64,000 bases of DNA from Meyerozyma guilliermondii. Taxonomy: Eukaryota. Positions 31,098-42,396 of the stretch are shown here, in pieces. The DNA lies in NCBI GenBank assembly GCA_051546255.1, contig CP128816.1:372001-436000 (forward strand), in the 5' to 3' direction. The position numbers were made by a program, and so were the translations under genes. Within the stretch, counting starts at the first letter, position 1. The number at the start of each line of letters is the position of its first letter. Under the pieces are notes generated by a model. The model made no database searches, had not been told where the DNA came from, and saw only the letters and a program-made list of their open reading frames with translations.

Positions 31098-32105
31098 ATG
31101 TTTTCAAAAGTAGCAGATAACCACTGTCATATCGATGTAAATTGCACGAAAGAAGACATCATGGAAACTGCAGATGCAATTGCGCTATCTCCAGAACTCC
31201 GAGATGGATTTTTCAGCATAATGACAACGTATGAACGAGATATGCATTTGCTTCAAATTTTATTTCACCGTCTAGGAAAAACTCAGAATAAATTGATGCC
31301 TTATTGGGGTGTCCATCCTTGGTATTCTCACCTATTCACGTTCTGTGAGCGCGATGGTGAAAGTTTGGCTTCGTGGAAAGAGAAACATTACCGACAAGTG
31401 TTAGAGCCAGAGCCAACCAACGAGATGATGAGGGTACTTCCTGACCCAATTGATATGAATCTGTACTTGAAGACACTTCAAGACACAATACAGCGGTGCA
31501 AACCACCTCACGGCAAGTTTGGAATAGGAGAAATTGGCCTTGATAAATTATTTAGGGTTCCCTCAGCAGGCTACTATGGCAGTCTCGCGACTATAGACTC
31601 CAATTCTCCTCGTCTTTCGCCCTGCAAAGTGACTATGGAGCATCAAGAACGGATCTTGCAGAGCCAGCTTCTACTAGCGGAAGAACTCCAGGCTCCAATC
31701 TCGGTCCATTGCGTCAAGGCTCATGGTCGGCTATACGCGGCTATTGAAAAATTCCGCGGTCCAACTATCATACTCCATTCATATACGGGATCAACCGACC
31801 AGGCGCAGATGTGGATTCGAAAAACCGACAAGCTCAATCAGCAGATCTTCTTCTCTTTTTCACAGTGGATAAATGGAGAGAAAGCTGCTCAATTGCGGGC
31901 ATTAATGGAAATTCTTCGAGACGAGCATATACTAGTGGAGAGCGATGTCAGTATAGACAGATACGATCTTGAAACTTATAAGCTGGAACATATACAGCAA
32001 ATAGTGGAAACTGTGAAAGCAATACGAAAATGGGACAGTTTGGAGATTTTGAGCCAAAATATAGAGAGGGCTATCGGGGTCAAAGAGATAGAAAATTTAT
32101 ACTGA
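31098..32105 (+). CDS. TatD-like metallo-hydrolase (YMR262W/Scn1-like)
   Basis: DNHCH, GVHPWY, IGEIGLDK, SVHCVKAHG, ILHSYTGS, ESD; next to TPS3 as in S. cerevisiae. Confidence 0.88.
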   Translation: MFSKVADNHCHIDVNCTKEDIMETADAIALSPELRDGFFSIMTTYERDMHLLQILFHRLGKTQNKLMPYWGVHPWYSHLFTFCERDGESLASWKEKHYRQVLEPEPTNEMMRVLPDPIDMNLYLKTLQDTIQRCKPPHGKFGIGEIGLDKLFRVPSAGYYGSLATIDSNSPRLSPCKVTMEHQERILQSQLLLAEELQAPISVHCVKAHGRLYAAIEKFRGPTIILHSYTGSTDQAQMWIRKTDKLNQQIFFSFSQWINGEKAAQLRALMEILRDEHILVESDVSIDRYDLETYKLEHIQQIVETVKAIRKWDSLEILSQNIERAIGVKEIENLY

Positions 32106-32255
32106 TGAAGAATTGATATGACCGGCAAGACAGATGAAGCATTATAAGCATGCCGATTCACCATTGCCTTCTCTTCGTTATTCTGGTACTACTTCCTTGG
32201 TCTTACTTCCTCTTGGTCTACTTCCTCTTCTCATTATCTCTCATTGATTGTCTAT

Positions 32256-33002
32256 CTACAATCTGGACTTGATAATGTCCACAAACTCAGGCTTCAACGA
32301 GGCTCCTCCAACCAAAAATCCATCGACATCTGGTTTGTCTTTGAACTCACCAGCGTTCTTGCCGTTAACCGATCCTCCGTACAAGATTCTCACCTTCTTA
32401 GCTTGGTCAGCACCAATGGTCTTTTCCAAGTGAGCTCTGATTCCCTTGTGGGTCTCTTGGGCATCGTCAGGAGTGGCAGCCAATCCGGTTCCAATTGCCC
32501 ACACTGGCTCGTAAGCGACAACTATGTTGGACCAGTCGCTGACAATCTTGGAAACGGCATCCAATTGTCTGGCACAAACATCCAAAGTCACGTTGGCCTT
32601 TCTCTCATCCAAGGTCTCTCCGATACACAAGATAACCTTCAAGCCTTGTTCCAAGGCAAACTTGGTCTTGGCAGCGATAAAATCATCAGATTCCTTGATA
32701 ATGGTTCTTCTCTCAGAGTGACCAGTCAATGTCCATTTAGCTCCCAAATCCTTGACTTGTTCAGGAGAAATCTCTCCAGTGTAGGCACCAGAAGCTTTGT
32801 CGAACACATTTTGGGCTCCAACTTCAACAGTTTTTTGCTTATTTTCAGAAACGGCCAATGCAAGATATGGAGCTGGAGGAGCAATTACCACTTCCACATT
32901 TTCTGGAAGGTCTGATTTGTTCAAGCCGTCCACGATTTTGGTAATGGACTCCTTGGTACCATTCATTTTAAAGTTTCCACCTACGAAAAATTGACGAGAC
33001 AT
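32256..33002 (-). CDS. TPI1: Triosephosphate isomerase
   Basis: [39 protein letters not shown]; minus-strand TATA near 33041-33047. Confidence 0.99.
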   Translation of the reverse strand: MSRQFFVGGNFKMNGTKESITKIVDGLNKSDLPENVEVVIAPPAPYLALAVSENKQKTVEVGAQNVFDKASGAYTGEISPEQVKDLGAKWTLTGHSERRTIIKESDDFIAAKTKFALEQGLKVILCIGETLDERKANVTLDVCARQLDAVSKIVSDWSNIVVAYEPVWAIGTGLAATPDDAQETHKGIRAHLEKTIGADQAKKVRILYGGSVNGKNAGEFKDKPDVDGFLVGGASLKPEFVDIIKSRL

Positions 33003-33615
33003 GGTTAATTGATGGTTGGGAAAGGAGCAAAGGTGTGCGCTTTATATGGTGCCGGGTGGACGGATGTGCCCCGACGTGGCCCGGGTGTCGGCCGTGGCCG
33101 TGGGGTGGGGTCATGGTGTACGGATGCGTGGGGCTAGATGTTCCGAGACAAAGACTTCTGAGTTTGCATAGTTGATGGTATTGATTGTGTTTTGGTTTAG
33201 GTGACTAAAATTGAATAAATTGATGTAAATACGCGCTACCTAAATACTTACCTTTAAAGTACATATCCGAAATAGGACAAAGCAGTGGTAAATCTGTGGT
33301 AGATTTGTGGTATATCTGATCTTGAATGGACTAGAACCGCCGGTGATATGGTCCTAGAAGTAGACTTAGTCTGCTTTGTCTTTTTGGCTCTTGATTTTGA
33401 TGAAATTTATGAGGGTATTGCAATGGGTGCAAAATTGAAGTTATGGTGTTCTGCATTGAGAGATTCCCTAAATTCCAGCTGGGAATCAAACAGACAAATT
33501 CAGCATAGCACTGCTTGTTTTCACAATTTGCAATAAAGTGAAGTACCTCTCTTCCATCTATCGGTGATAAGTACATCCGTGCACCCACAATCACCGATGA
33601 ACTACCAACCATATA

Positions 33616-34670
33616 TCATGGCTCCTTTTCCAAGGTATCGGCGCTATTGGCGGCACTCTGGTTCTCCATTTTGAACCGCAGAGCCCCATGGCCGTTCATG
33701 AGTTTTTTGTATTGGTGAAGAATGTGTTTGTCTTTATAGCGGGCTTCGCGAATGGCTGTGGTTTGGGCTTTGATGATGCTATGGATGTCGAGATCATTGG
33801 GGTTCTGCAATTTGTTTTTGGAGTTGAAGGACACTTCGTCGCCGATCTCTTTGGTGACTTCGTAGTCGTCAATGTCTTCTTCGGGTAGATCGTCCCATGT
33901 CTTTAGTGGTGTCTTGAGGTCATATTTGCCAGTGGATTCGTTTTGTTTCATGATTATATATTGGCAGTGGGGAATATTTCGGAGCGATTCGAACTCCTCG
34001 TAACTCCATCGAAACCATTTCATCAAAAATACTCGCGCCCAAATGCCGTGGGTCACAAGAACGAGAATATTGGGGAAGTCTTTCTGGCGAAATTGGCGGA
34101 ATAAAGACTCGTTGAAACTGGCAGCTCTATCATAAACGTCTGCTGCCAGCTCACCGTGAGGAATCCGGTAGAAAAAATGGCCATAATGAGCTCGTTCTTC
34201 CCACACTTTTTCCATCTCTTCCGGGGTCGATTGAAAGTTGCCAAAATCCTGCTCCCGCATCCGTGGCTCTTCGTTGACAGAGTATTCCACATCCGGCAAG
34301 TCCTTGATTTCATTGATAATGTCGGTACACGTTTGTCTTGCTCGGGAATACGGCAGAGTATAGAACAGAATCGACTTGCAACTTCGCAGCAGAGGACAAG
34401 ATTTATTGCATTTTTCAAACTGGTCGTGGTCCAAGAACGATCGGAGCACTATTCCAGCGTTTTTGGCTTGCTTGTGGCCAGTTTCCGTGAGCACAACTTT
34501 GTGGTTGGCGATAAATCTGTTAACTGATTTGTCACAATTTCCTTCCGATTCGCCGTGACGAACAAGAAGTATGTACTGAAGGTTAGTATTTGTTGACGTT
34601 GGAGTATGCCAGCTATATAGCCGAAATATAGACAAAAAGTCGAGTTGATACATACTTTTGGTTTTGCCAT
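33616..34670 (-). CDS. DET1: Histidine phosphatase Det1, spliced (exons 34670-34656 and 34575-33616), 324 aa
   Basis: GTATGT...TACTAACCTTCAG intron gives MAKPKYILLVRHGESEGN; REQDFGNFQ, LVTHGIWARVFLMKW; adjacent to TPI1. Confidence 0.92.
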
Positions 34671-34971
34671 TGGTCACAAATGAAAAAAGGTCGCTAATCA
34701 GCCGTTTTGCTGCTAAATGCTGGTGTACGGGTGCAGGACATAAGCCAAGATTGTGGATCGGACATTGGCTAGGCGATAAGGTGGCTTTGATCAGATCAAT
34801 CAACATTTACTTTTACATTTACATTCTACCTTTTGCATTATGAACTCTGAATTTCACCTTTTACATTTCCACAACCTCTTGTTTAATCTTGTATTAGATC
34901 TATTCTCACTCCCTTCACTCTTCTTTTTCCTCTTCACTCTCTTCTTTTCTTTCTCCTCTCTTTTCTTCACT

Positions 34972-36032
34972 TTAGACATCGCCAACCAATTTACGCTCAA
35001 TTGCAGAGCTCTTGGTCAACTCCTCGTCGCACTTTTTCAAAATATCGTCGGCCAATACATCAATGGCATGCGAGTGCAACAAGTTGTTGTAACGAGAAGG
35101 TTCCACAGGCAATTTAAACAAGGTTTTCCACTCGTTGGGGTCGAGTTCCTTTTCGCCGGCTCTTGATCTTTCGATGTTTTCCAACTTTCTTTGCAGTTTC
35201 CACTGGGAAATTTTAGCATGCTCTTTCTGGAGGTGTCTTTGGTAGTAGTTGAAATTGTTCTGGTCGTAGTTGTAGGAGTCTATTTGGCCATAGAGCGACT
35301 CGAGAAGCTGAGCAGTAACATTTTGGTTCGATGTCAATTTCAAAACATCGTATTCGGTTTCGGATTGGGCGATGGTTGGTAATCCAGCAATGTAGGTGGA
35401 CACCAAGTATTGGTTATCAATTTGAAGTTCTACCTCTTCGAAAATGTTGAAGTACGATAACTTGTGTGCCTCCAAATCCTTGGACTTCCATTTGCCGTCC
35501 AAATATGTCGTGACAAAATTTTCGGTCAACCGATACCCTTTCACATCAACCTCTTTTCCTACAGATGCCATGTTGTGGATCAAGATAAAGGTGTTGGCGT
35601 TAGCCAACTGCTGCTGAACAAGGGTGTCCACAAGCTGGTTGGTAACAAAATTGCCCGACGTGGTCGACTGAAACCATCCTTGAAACTCGATTCCATAACC
35701 CAATTTCTTCAAAGATTCCAAGATATCTTGCTGGTACTTTCCTCCATTTCTTGAACGCAACGACCCTCCTTCATACTGGTCCGGGTAGGGATAGGGATAG
35801 GCATGGGTAATGTCGATTTTTCCCTCGTCGGACTCGAACCCAAGAAGCGTTCCTGAATAAAGAGAAGGATAGTTTTCCGACGTGTGTCTCAAAAGCGTCA
35901 AAAGCGCGCTTGATTCGATGTGGATCTTGCTGGCAGTCGGTGCCAGGTATTTGCTGGGTTAGCACATCACAAAGAGCCGGGTTCCAACCGGAAATTTTTG
36001 GGTCGTGGTACTTACGTTTGCTTGATGGACAT
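34972..36032 (-). CDS. Translation initiation factor eIF3 subunit h (MPN domain), spliced (exons 36032-36016 and 35953-34972), 332 aa
   Basis: G.LLG, KYQ...L..L, GWFQS, NNFNYYQR, EN..R...GE..L, P.EPSR; intron GTAAGT...GCTAACCCAG supplies the ATG. Confidence 0.85.
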
Positions 36033-36151
36033 GGTGGAGAAAAATTCAAACCATTTCCAAAAAGTTGATGTGCGCGCTGCTGACGTAAGCCAGATGAGTC
36101 TTGAATTTTCTCATTTTCTCAAATTTGAACAAGCGAAAAATTTGTACCAAA

Positions 36152-37915
36152 ATGTCTGACGCCGTGAAGCAAGTGGCGGAAAGTTTGCAGAAAACGTACC
36201 TCGATGAGGCTACCGGCGAGCAGGTTTCCAAGAGTGAATTGAAGAGAAGACAAAAAGTCCGGGATATCGAAGCCAAGAAGGCTGCCAAGGCTGAAAAGGC
36301 TGCTGCCAGTGCTCCAAAAGTGGCCAAAAACAAGGATAATTTGGCTGATTTGACACCCAATCAATATTTCGAGATCCGGTCGCGTCAGATCGACGAATTG
36401 CGTGCTGAACACGACAAGAACCCCAGTGGCTTTAACCCATATCCTCACAAGTTTGATGTTGGAGTGCGGTTGCCGGAGTTTATTGAAAAGTATAACCACT
36501 TGAAGAAGGGTGAAACCCAGCCTGAAGTGGAGATCAAGGTCAGTGGTAGAATCATGGGTAAGAGAGAGGCCGGTTCCAAGTTGAAATTCTACGTTTTGAA
36601 GGGAGATGGAGTTCAAGTCCAGGTGATGGCCCAAGCTCAAGATGTAGCTCTGGCTGAAGAATACGCCAAGATGCACGAGTATCTTCGTAGAGGTGATGTT
36701 ATTGGTGTCACTGGATACCCAGGACGCACAAACCCTGCCAAGGGTGGAGAGGGAGAGCTTTCTGTTTTTGCAACTTCGGTGCAATTGTTGACTCCATGTT
36801 TGCACATGTTGCCCACGGAGCACTTTGGATTCAAGGACCAGGAGGCTCGTTATAGAAAGAGATACTTGGACCTCATTATGAACGATTCTGTGAGGGATAG
36901 ATTCAAAGTCCGGTCCAAAATCATTGGGTTCATTCGTGACTTTTTGGACTCTCGTGATTTCATCGAGGTGGAAACTCCTATGATGAATGTGATTGCGGGA
37001 GGTGCCACAGCCAAGCCTTTCATCACCCACCACAACGACTTGAACATGGACATGTTTATGAGAGTTGCACCGGAATTATTCTTGAAGGAATTGGTTGTAG
37101 GAGGCATGGACAGAGTGTACGAAATCGGACGTCAGTTCCGTAACGAAGGTATTGATATGACCCACAACCCTGAATTCACCACTTGTGAGTTCTACCAGGC
37201 GTACGCAGACGTTTACGACTTGATGGATATGACCGAGGTTTTGTTCTCGGAGATGGTCAAGAAGATCACCGGTGACTACAAGATCACCTACCACCCAGAA
37301 GGTCTTGAAGGCAAGGCTATGACGTTGGACTTCTCGAGACCATGGAAGCGGATTAATATGATCGAGGAATTGGAAAAAGTTTACAATGTCAAATTTCCAC
37401 CAGGAGATCAATTGCACACTGAAGAAACCGGTGCTTTCTTGAAGCAAATTTTAATCGACAACAAATTGGAGTGCACTCCACCATTGACCAACGCCCGTAT
37501 GCTTGACAAGTTGGTTGGAGACTTGGAAGATTCATGCATCAATCCTACGTTCATTTTCGGCCATCCTCAAATGATGTCTCCATTGGCCAAGAAGGACAGA
37601 AAGATTCCTGGTTTGTGTGAAAGATTCGAGGTTTTCGTGGCTACCAAGGAAATCTGTAATGCTTATACCGAGTTGAACGATCCATTTGACCAACGTCAAA
37701 GATTCGAGGAACAGGCCAAGCAAAAGGCCCAAGGTGACGACGAGGCTCAATTGGTTGACGAAACTTTCTGTAATGCTTTGGAGTACGGGTTGCCTCCTAC
37801 CGCTGGATGGGGATGTGGAATTGACCGGTTGGCGATGTTTTTGACCGATTCCAACACCATTAGAGAGGTATTGTTGTTCCCTACTTTGAAGCCGGACCAA
37901 GAAAAAGCCGTTTAG
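36152..37915 (+). CDS. KRS1: Cytosolic lysyl-tRNA synthetase
   Basis: [41 protein letters not shown]. Confidence 0.98.
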   Translation: MSDAVKQVAESLQKTYLDEATGEQVSKSELKRRQKVRDIEAKKAAKAEKAAASAPKVAKNKDNLADLTPNQYFEIRSRQIDELRAEHDKNPSGFNPYPHKFDVGVRLPEFIEKYNHLKKGETQPEVEIKVSGRIMGKREAGSKLKFYVLKGDGVQVQVMAQAQDVALAEEYAKMHEYLRRGDVIGVTGYPGRTNPAKGGEGELSVFATSVQLLTPCLHMLPTEHFGFKDQEARYRKRYLDLIMNDSVRDRFKVRSKIIGFIRDFLDSRDFIEVETPMMNVIAGGATAKPFITHHNDLNMDMFMRVAPELFLKELVVGGMDRVYEIGRQFRNEGIDMTHNPEFTTCEFYQAYADVYDLMDMTEVLFSEMVKKITGDYKITYHPEGLEGKAMTLDFSRPWKRINMIEELEKVYNVKFPPGDQLHTEETGAFLKQILIDNKLECTPPLTNARMLDKLVGDLEDSCINPTFIFGHPQMMSPLAKKDRKIPGLCERFEVFVATKEICNAYTELNDPFDQRQRFEEQAKQKAQGDDEAQLVDETFCNALEYGLPPTAGWGCGIDRLAMFLTDSNTIREVLLFPTLKPDQEKAV

Positions 37916-38088
37916 AAACAATTAGCCTAATTTAGAATAGCCTCTAAGTCTAAGCTTTCTACTGATTAACTCCGCTTACTGAGTTTCTAGTCGTGGTTGT
38001 ATCTATTATACATCTTGTCCTGGAGTCTTCTGGTTCAGTCTTCTATTATACATGTCATCTCTCTCTTTTCTCTCTTTTCTCTCTTTCC

Positions 38089-38970
38089 TTATTTCCCTCT
38101 TTTATTATCCCTCTTCATCTCCAACGCCCTTTTGTATGGCGGTGCCGTGGGCATTTGCACTGGGTCAAGTCCAGACTTGATTCCTCCGACATAAGTGGCA
38201 TCGGAATCTACACTGTTCAAGTCACCACAAGCCACAAATTCGGCCACAGTTCGCTCTTCTTCGGGCATTTCAAAGTGCTCGAGATTGCCTGGTTTAATCT
38301 GGGCGTCCTGGAAAAACTCTTCGGTACTCAAGGCAATATTGGGAGTCCATCCTGGACGAGGCTTGTAACCAATGCACACAATAAATGCTTCCAACGACGT
38401 TCCTCTCAGAGCTCTTGGTTTGGCACACACAACACGCTCGAACAAGTGACCAAGCTGGCTGTATAGCAAGTCGATATCTCGGCCCCGGAAGATTTTGGCT
38501 ACAAAAGTTCCACCTTCTTTTAACACACACGTAGTGAGTTGAAGTGCACACAAAACTAATTGTGCTTGGATATACTCGTCCAAGTCGTGCAATCCAGTAA
38601 CATCAGGGGCTCCGTCGCTACAGACAAAATCTGCTGGCTCTCCGCCAAATATGTCCAAAATTCGTTGAAGTGTCTTGGGATGTGTGATGTCTGCTTGCAA
38701 GGTTATCACGCCATCTATGGGTGTCATGGGCTGAAGATCCACCGCCACGATCTTGGCATCTTCGCCTTTCAGATTCTTGTATATTTCCCTCGATAACACC
38801 TGGGACCATGAACCTGGGGCCGCACACAAATCAACCACTCTTTTCACTCCGGAAAAAAGTCCAAATTCTTCGTCCAACTGTAGCAATTTAAACGCTGAAC
38901 GAGCACGCCAGCCTTCCTCCTTGGCCCGCCGGTAGTAGAGATCGCGCTTGTCCTTGCTGGATTTTCCCAT
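38089..38970 (-). CDS. TRM7: tRNA C32/N34 2'-O-methyltransferase
   Basis: [50 protein letters not shown]. Confidence 0.97.
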   Translation of the reverse strand: MGKSSKDKRDLYYRRAKEEGWRARSAFKLLQLDEEFGLFSGVKRVVDLCAAPGSWSQVLSREIYKNLKGEDAKIVAVDLQPMTPIDGVITLQADITHPKTLQRILDIFGGEPADFVCSDGAPDVTGLHDLDEYIQAQLVLCALQLTTCVLKEGGTFVAKIFRGRDIDLLYSQLGHLFERVVCAKPRALRGTSLEAFIVCIGYKPRPGWTPNIALSTEEFFQDAQIKPGNLEHFEMPEEERTVAEFVACGDLNSVDSDATYVGGIKSGLDPVQMPTAPPYKRALEMKRDNKRGK

Positions 38971-39105
38971 TGGGGCCAAAAATCAGATATGAGAAAACAA
39001 TCGCATCGAAGCCATCGCGGCCTTGTGGGATCTAGGTGTGTGGGTGTGTTGATAATTTTGGTTCGCGGTGAGAAAAAAAGTGTTAACCAACCAAAGTTGT
39101 CCAGA

Positions 39106-39837
39106 ATGTTCAGGGCTTCAGTTCGGACCTTCGGGAGTGCTTCGAGGATATGGAAGAACGCCAAGCAGTCCCCAGAAGAATTTTTGGCTTCCAGAAAAGG
39201 CAAAGGTGTTCTGAATGCCGAATTTCTCAAATCGTTATCCGCCAAACCGTTCGAATATAAACCACAATATTTGTCTGAGGACAAAGTGGACCCTTCTACG
39301 AAGCGGCCTATACCCCTCAATGTTGAACTTTTGCAATATATACCTCTTCAGGTTCCCAAAACACACGGACACAAAGTTGCCGAAATTCAATTTCGAGGCT
39401 ATAACGAAGAGAATCTTGATATGGCAGGAGAGTTTGCCGCTCGTGCTGGATTTTATTTGGGAATTCCTTGCTCGAAAGTGCAAGTTTTGAAGACGGAGAA
39501 ACGTCTTTATACTGTTATCAAGTCACCATTTGCTCAGGCCAAGTCGAAAGAGAACTTTAAAAGAACCACTTTTAACCGTAAAATCGAAGCATTTGATGCC
39601 AACCCAGAGGTGGTGGACTTGTGGCTTTCGTACATCAACAAGCATGCGTTGTCAGACGTCAAGTACAATGTTCATATATACACCAGAGAAACGGTTGATT
39701 TCAGCCGCGAACTCGATGCAATCACTGGTGGAGATTTGCAACTTCCAAAGGCATACGACGGTGCAGACGACCCAATTGGAAAGAAGGTGGAGGAGTTGTT
39801 GAAGTCGGATACGTTCAAAGAGCACTTTAAACTGTAA
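39106..39837 (+). CDS. RSM10: Mitochondrial ribosomal protein uS10m
   Basis: Presequence-like start; PIPLNVE, TVIKSPF.QAKSKENFKR. Confidence 0.9.
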   Translation: MFRASVRTFGSASRIWKNAKQSPEEFLASRKGKGVLNAEFLKSLSAKPFEYKPQYLSEDKVDPSTKRPIPLNVELLQYIPLQVPKTHGHKVAEIQFRGYNEENLDMAGEFAARAGFYLGIPCSKVQVLKTEKRLYTVIKSPFAQAKSKENFKRTTFNRKIEAFDANPEVVDLWLSYINKHALSDVKYNVHIYTRETVDFSRELDAITGGDLQLPKAYDGADDPIGKKVEELLKSDTFKEHFKL

Positions 39838-40423
39838 ATAGATAGAGGAATTCATTATTAAAAGAGTCGAACAATCGATGTATTAGAGATATTTGGTCTT
39901 GACAATGCTGCCTATGTCTGTTCAGTTATTGGAGAGTAATCACTTGAATAAGCAATCAACCATGTAACGAACTTACACTATTAAGACATTTTGTACAATA
40001 GCGTTCTAAGAGTTCAATTCGAGTATAGTTGCTTAATCTTGTTAGAAGCTTGAACTGGAAAGCTATACAGCTTTTATTTCAAAGTTATACTACGAGCATA
40101 TATACCAAGATGGTGCAAAGTTGATACCAAAAAGATAATTTTGAATATTGTATTCTAGAGTATTACATGTGACAATAAAATACTAAGAAACTACATCTTG
40201 GTGTTATAGACGAATCTCACCAAAAGTATTAGCACTTTGATCATTATATACCAAATTATAGGCTAAGATGATACACCAACAGTTCATCCACCGTATTCTC
40301 AGAAAATAGTCAACTCTTTCACTCATATCTTCCATACCCATTCTAGACATGTCTCCGCTCATGAACCTTCCATATAAGTGTAAAGAAGCTTATAGACTCA
40401 ATCTTAAAAGCTGTCGTTTTCTG

Positions 40424-40498
40424 GTTCGTTTCTCTTCGTTTCTTCGATCTCATGTTCGTTTCTCTTCATTTCTTCGATCTCCTGTCCGTTTCTTCTTC
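40424..40498. repeat. 30-bp tandem repeat, about 2.5 copies
   Basis: GTTCGTTTCTCTTCRTTTCTTCGATCTCMT units start at 40424, 40454 and 40484 (partial). Confidence 0.85.
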
Positions 40499-41141
40499 TC
40501 ACCCATAAACGTCCCATCCTTCTTCCTCCTCCTCAGATTCCTCTTCGCGTGCCTTTCTGAGCTCTTCTTCCAACTGCTCTTTTCTCTTTCTCGACGCTTC
40601 TGTCACATCAAATCGACAAAGTGGACACGTAGAATGCATTTTCAACCATGGTCCCACACATTCAAGGTCAAACGTGTGCCCTTTAGACTGGATTTTTTGA
40701 CACGGCAATCGTACCACCAACGGGTAGTCGTCTTCCACAAACTTATTGGTACATATGGGACACTCAGCAGTCTTATCTGTTAATTTTGATACTGGAACTC
40801 TTTCTAGCGAATCGAGAAAGTCTTGAGAAACACCTTTTTGAGGTGAAAAATCGTCTGGATGTTCATTCAATTGAGAAAAGAGCTGTTGGGCAAGTCCAGA
40901 TACATCTTCTGAGCCTAAAACTCCCAAAGCTTGCGTAAATGTGTCTCTTTCGTTTTGTGAAGTTGATCTTTCAGAGGCAAGAAATGAATCTATAACCGAT
41001 GCCAAAGTTTGGTGCTGGCGTCTATGGGTTACTGTGGATGATGTGGTTGTGTTGGGTTGGATATTGTGGTCGTCTGGGTTAGAAAAGATGAAAAAAAGAT
41101 GAAAAAAAGCTGGGTTTGGTCTTACCTTCGTAAGTAGACAT
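40499..41141 (-). CDS. RING-H2 protein (YBR062C-like), spliced (exons 41141-41126 and 41073-40499), 196 aa
   Basis: CPIC...LVVRLPC...H.FDLEC..PWL..HSTCPLCR; intron GTAAGA...TTCTAACCCAG gives MSTYEDDHN. Confidence 0.85.
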
Positions 41142-41568
41142 GGTGGTGAGATTGAGATAAAGTGAGATTGAAAAATGAGAATGAGATAAGTGAGATGAAA
41201 ATGAGAATGAGAAGATATTAGTAAGAGATGGAGAGAACGATACCGTAGACTGGGTCCAGGTATGATCTACACCTTGAATTTGGTATGCTTTATTACTTAT
41301 GTTGTTTATAGTTTGGTTATATCTTGTTTTATGATTTGCTTTTGATTTGCTTAGTCTGTAATGCTAGCTTCGTGCTTGAGAGTCTTTATTGCCTTGCCCT
41401 GGTGTTTCTCAATTGCTTTTCTCAACTGTAGTCTCCCGGTTATGTCTTTCTCAGCTATTTCTGTCAGCTATGCCTTCATATATTTTCCATATTCTTCCAC
41501 CGTGTTCTCCACTGTATTTTTCCACTGGTTCATCCACTGTGTTCATGTTCTCTATGCCTTCCTCGTCT

Positions 41569-42396
41569 TCATTCCTGCTCACTTTCGTCCATCTCTTCCT
41601 CCTTTTCTGGTATTCGCAGCGCAAAATAGTCATCGCCATTCAAGTACAATGGCGTCATAGGGGGATCCTCCGAAGGGGTTTGAACTGGATACAAGATTGG
41701 TGACGACCCTCCTCCCTTGGCCACGTACATTGGCTCGCGTGCCGCCATCGTTCCATGCATCTGCAGCATCTGCAACTGATAACTCTTGTTCTTATACGAT
41801 CCAGCAAGGGACCGTGGCGGCGTCTGTGACGAAAGCCAAAACCTAGAGGGCAGACCACCTATTGACGTGGGGTCCAACATGGGTGAGTCGGGGACTACTT
41901 CACGAATTGGAATTGCTGCTGGTGTTTGCCCCGCTAGTTGGCTGTGTAAAGTAGCATTAGAAGGCGGCGGGGGCAGTCGGTACGTCTGGAATCTATGTTG
42001 GTTTAACCTGGTCACTGAATTGCGACTGGTTATAGGCGCTGGCTTGAAAGGCTGCATTTGAGCATTTTGAAAAACCTGGGGCAGAACTCGGTTCGAGTTT
42101 TGTTGCGGAGCAGAAACTACCACCGGTTGGTTTGATCCTTCAAGGTCTTGGTTCAACGAAAGAAGTGATATTGTGGACGATGACGGTATGATTCTTCCAT
42201 CGATTTCCTTGCCAACAGACAGCGCTAGCAACTCGGGCTCAGGATGTTCGTCGGTAAGCATGGCACTGTCTATATTAAGAGGCTGCGACGCTTGTGGATG
42301 TACGTTTTCCCCGGCAAGACTGGAAGAAAGGAGCGACTTCCGTGGCTGAAGCTCTTCTGCGAGAATCCGCCTGCTGAACGAATCCGGGCTAGCCAT
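41569..42396 (-). CDS. Disordered Ser/Pro-rich protein, possibly YBR071W-like
   Basis: 275-codon ORF with SSTISLLSL, SRFWLSSQTPP and PVQTP..DPPMTPLYL islands; the assignment rests partly on recalled synteny. Confidence 0.65.
   Translation of the reverse strand: MASPDSFSRRILAEELQPRKSLLSSSLAGENVHPQASQPLNIDSAMLTDEHPEPELLALSVGKEIDGRIIPSSSTISLLSLNQDLEGSNQPVVVSAPQQNSNRVLPQVFQNAQMQPFKPAPITSRNSVTRLNQHRFQTYRLPPPPSNATLHSQLAGQTPAAIPIREVVPDSPMLDPTSIGGLPSRFWLSSQTPPRSLAGSYKNKSYQLQMLQMHGTMAAREPMYVAKGGGSSPILYPVQTPSEDPPMTPLYLNGDDYFALRIPEKEEEMDESEQE

Noticed and set aside
32244..32915. 223-aa ORF antisense to TPI1
   Set aside because: Same antisense shadow; non-ATG start.
33051..33100. CGG/CCG cluster as a Gal4 site in the TPI1 promoter
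   Set aside because: The spacings I counted (6, 7, 13, 15, 17) do not give CGG-N11-CCG.
33244..33253. ATACTTACCT, the U1 snRNA 5' end
   Set aside because: No GATCA loop I or U1 stems follow; as a minus-strand donor it has no CTAAC branch point.
33331..33612. 93-aa ORF after DET1
   Set aside because: Starts 4 nt past the DET1 stop with no room for a promoter and no motif; likely 3' UTR.
34671..34806. ORF-track N-terminal extension of DET1 (similar ones at KRS1, ALG14, RSM10)
   Set aside because: Non-ATG or promoter-spanning starts; a spliced or downstream ATG gives family-like N-termini.
36119..37033. 304-aa ORF antisense to KRS1
   Set aside because: Shadow of codon bias in a highly expressed gene; no motifs.
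40349..40783. Phe/Ser-rich ORF (similar ones at 34840, 37993, 41361)
   Set aside because: Translations of pyrimidine tracts or antisense 3' ends.
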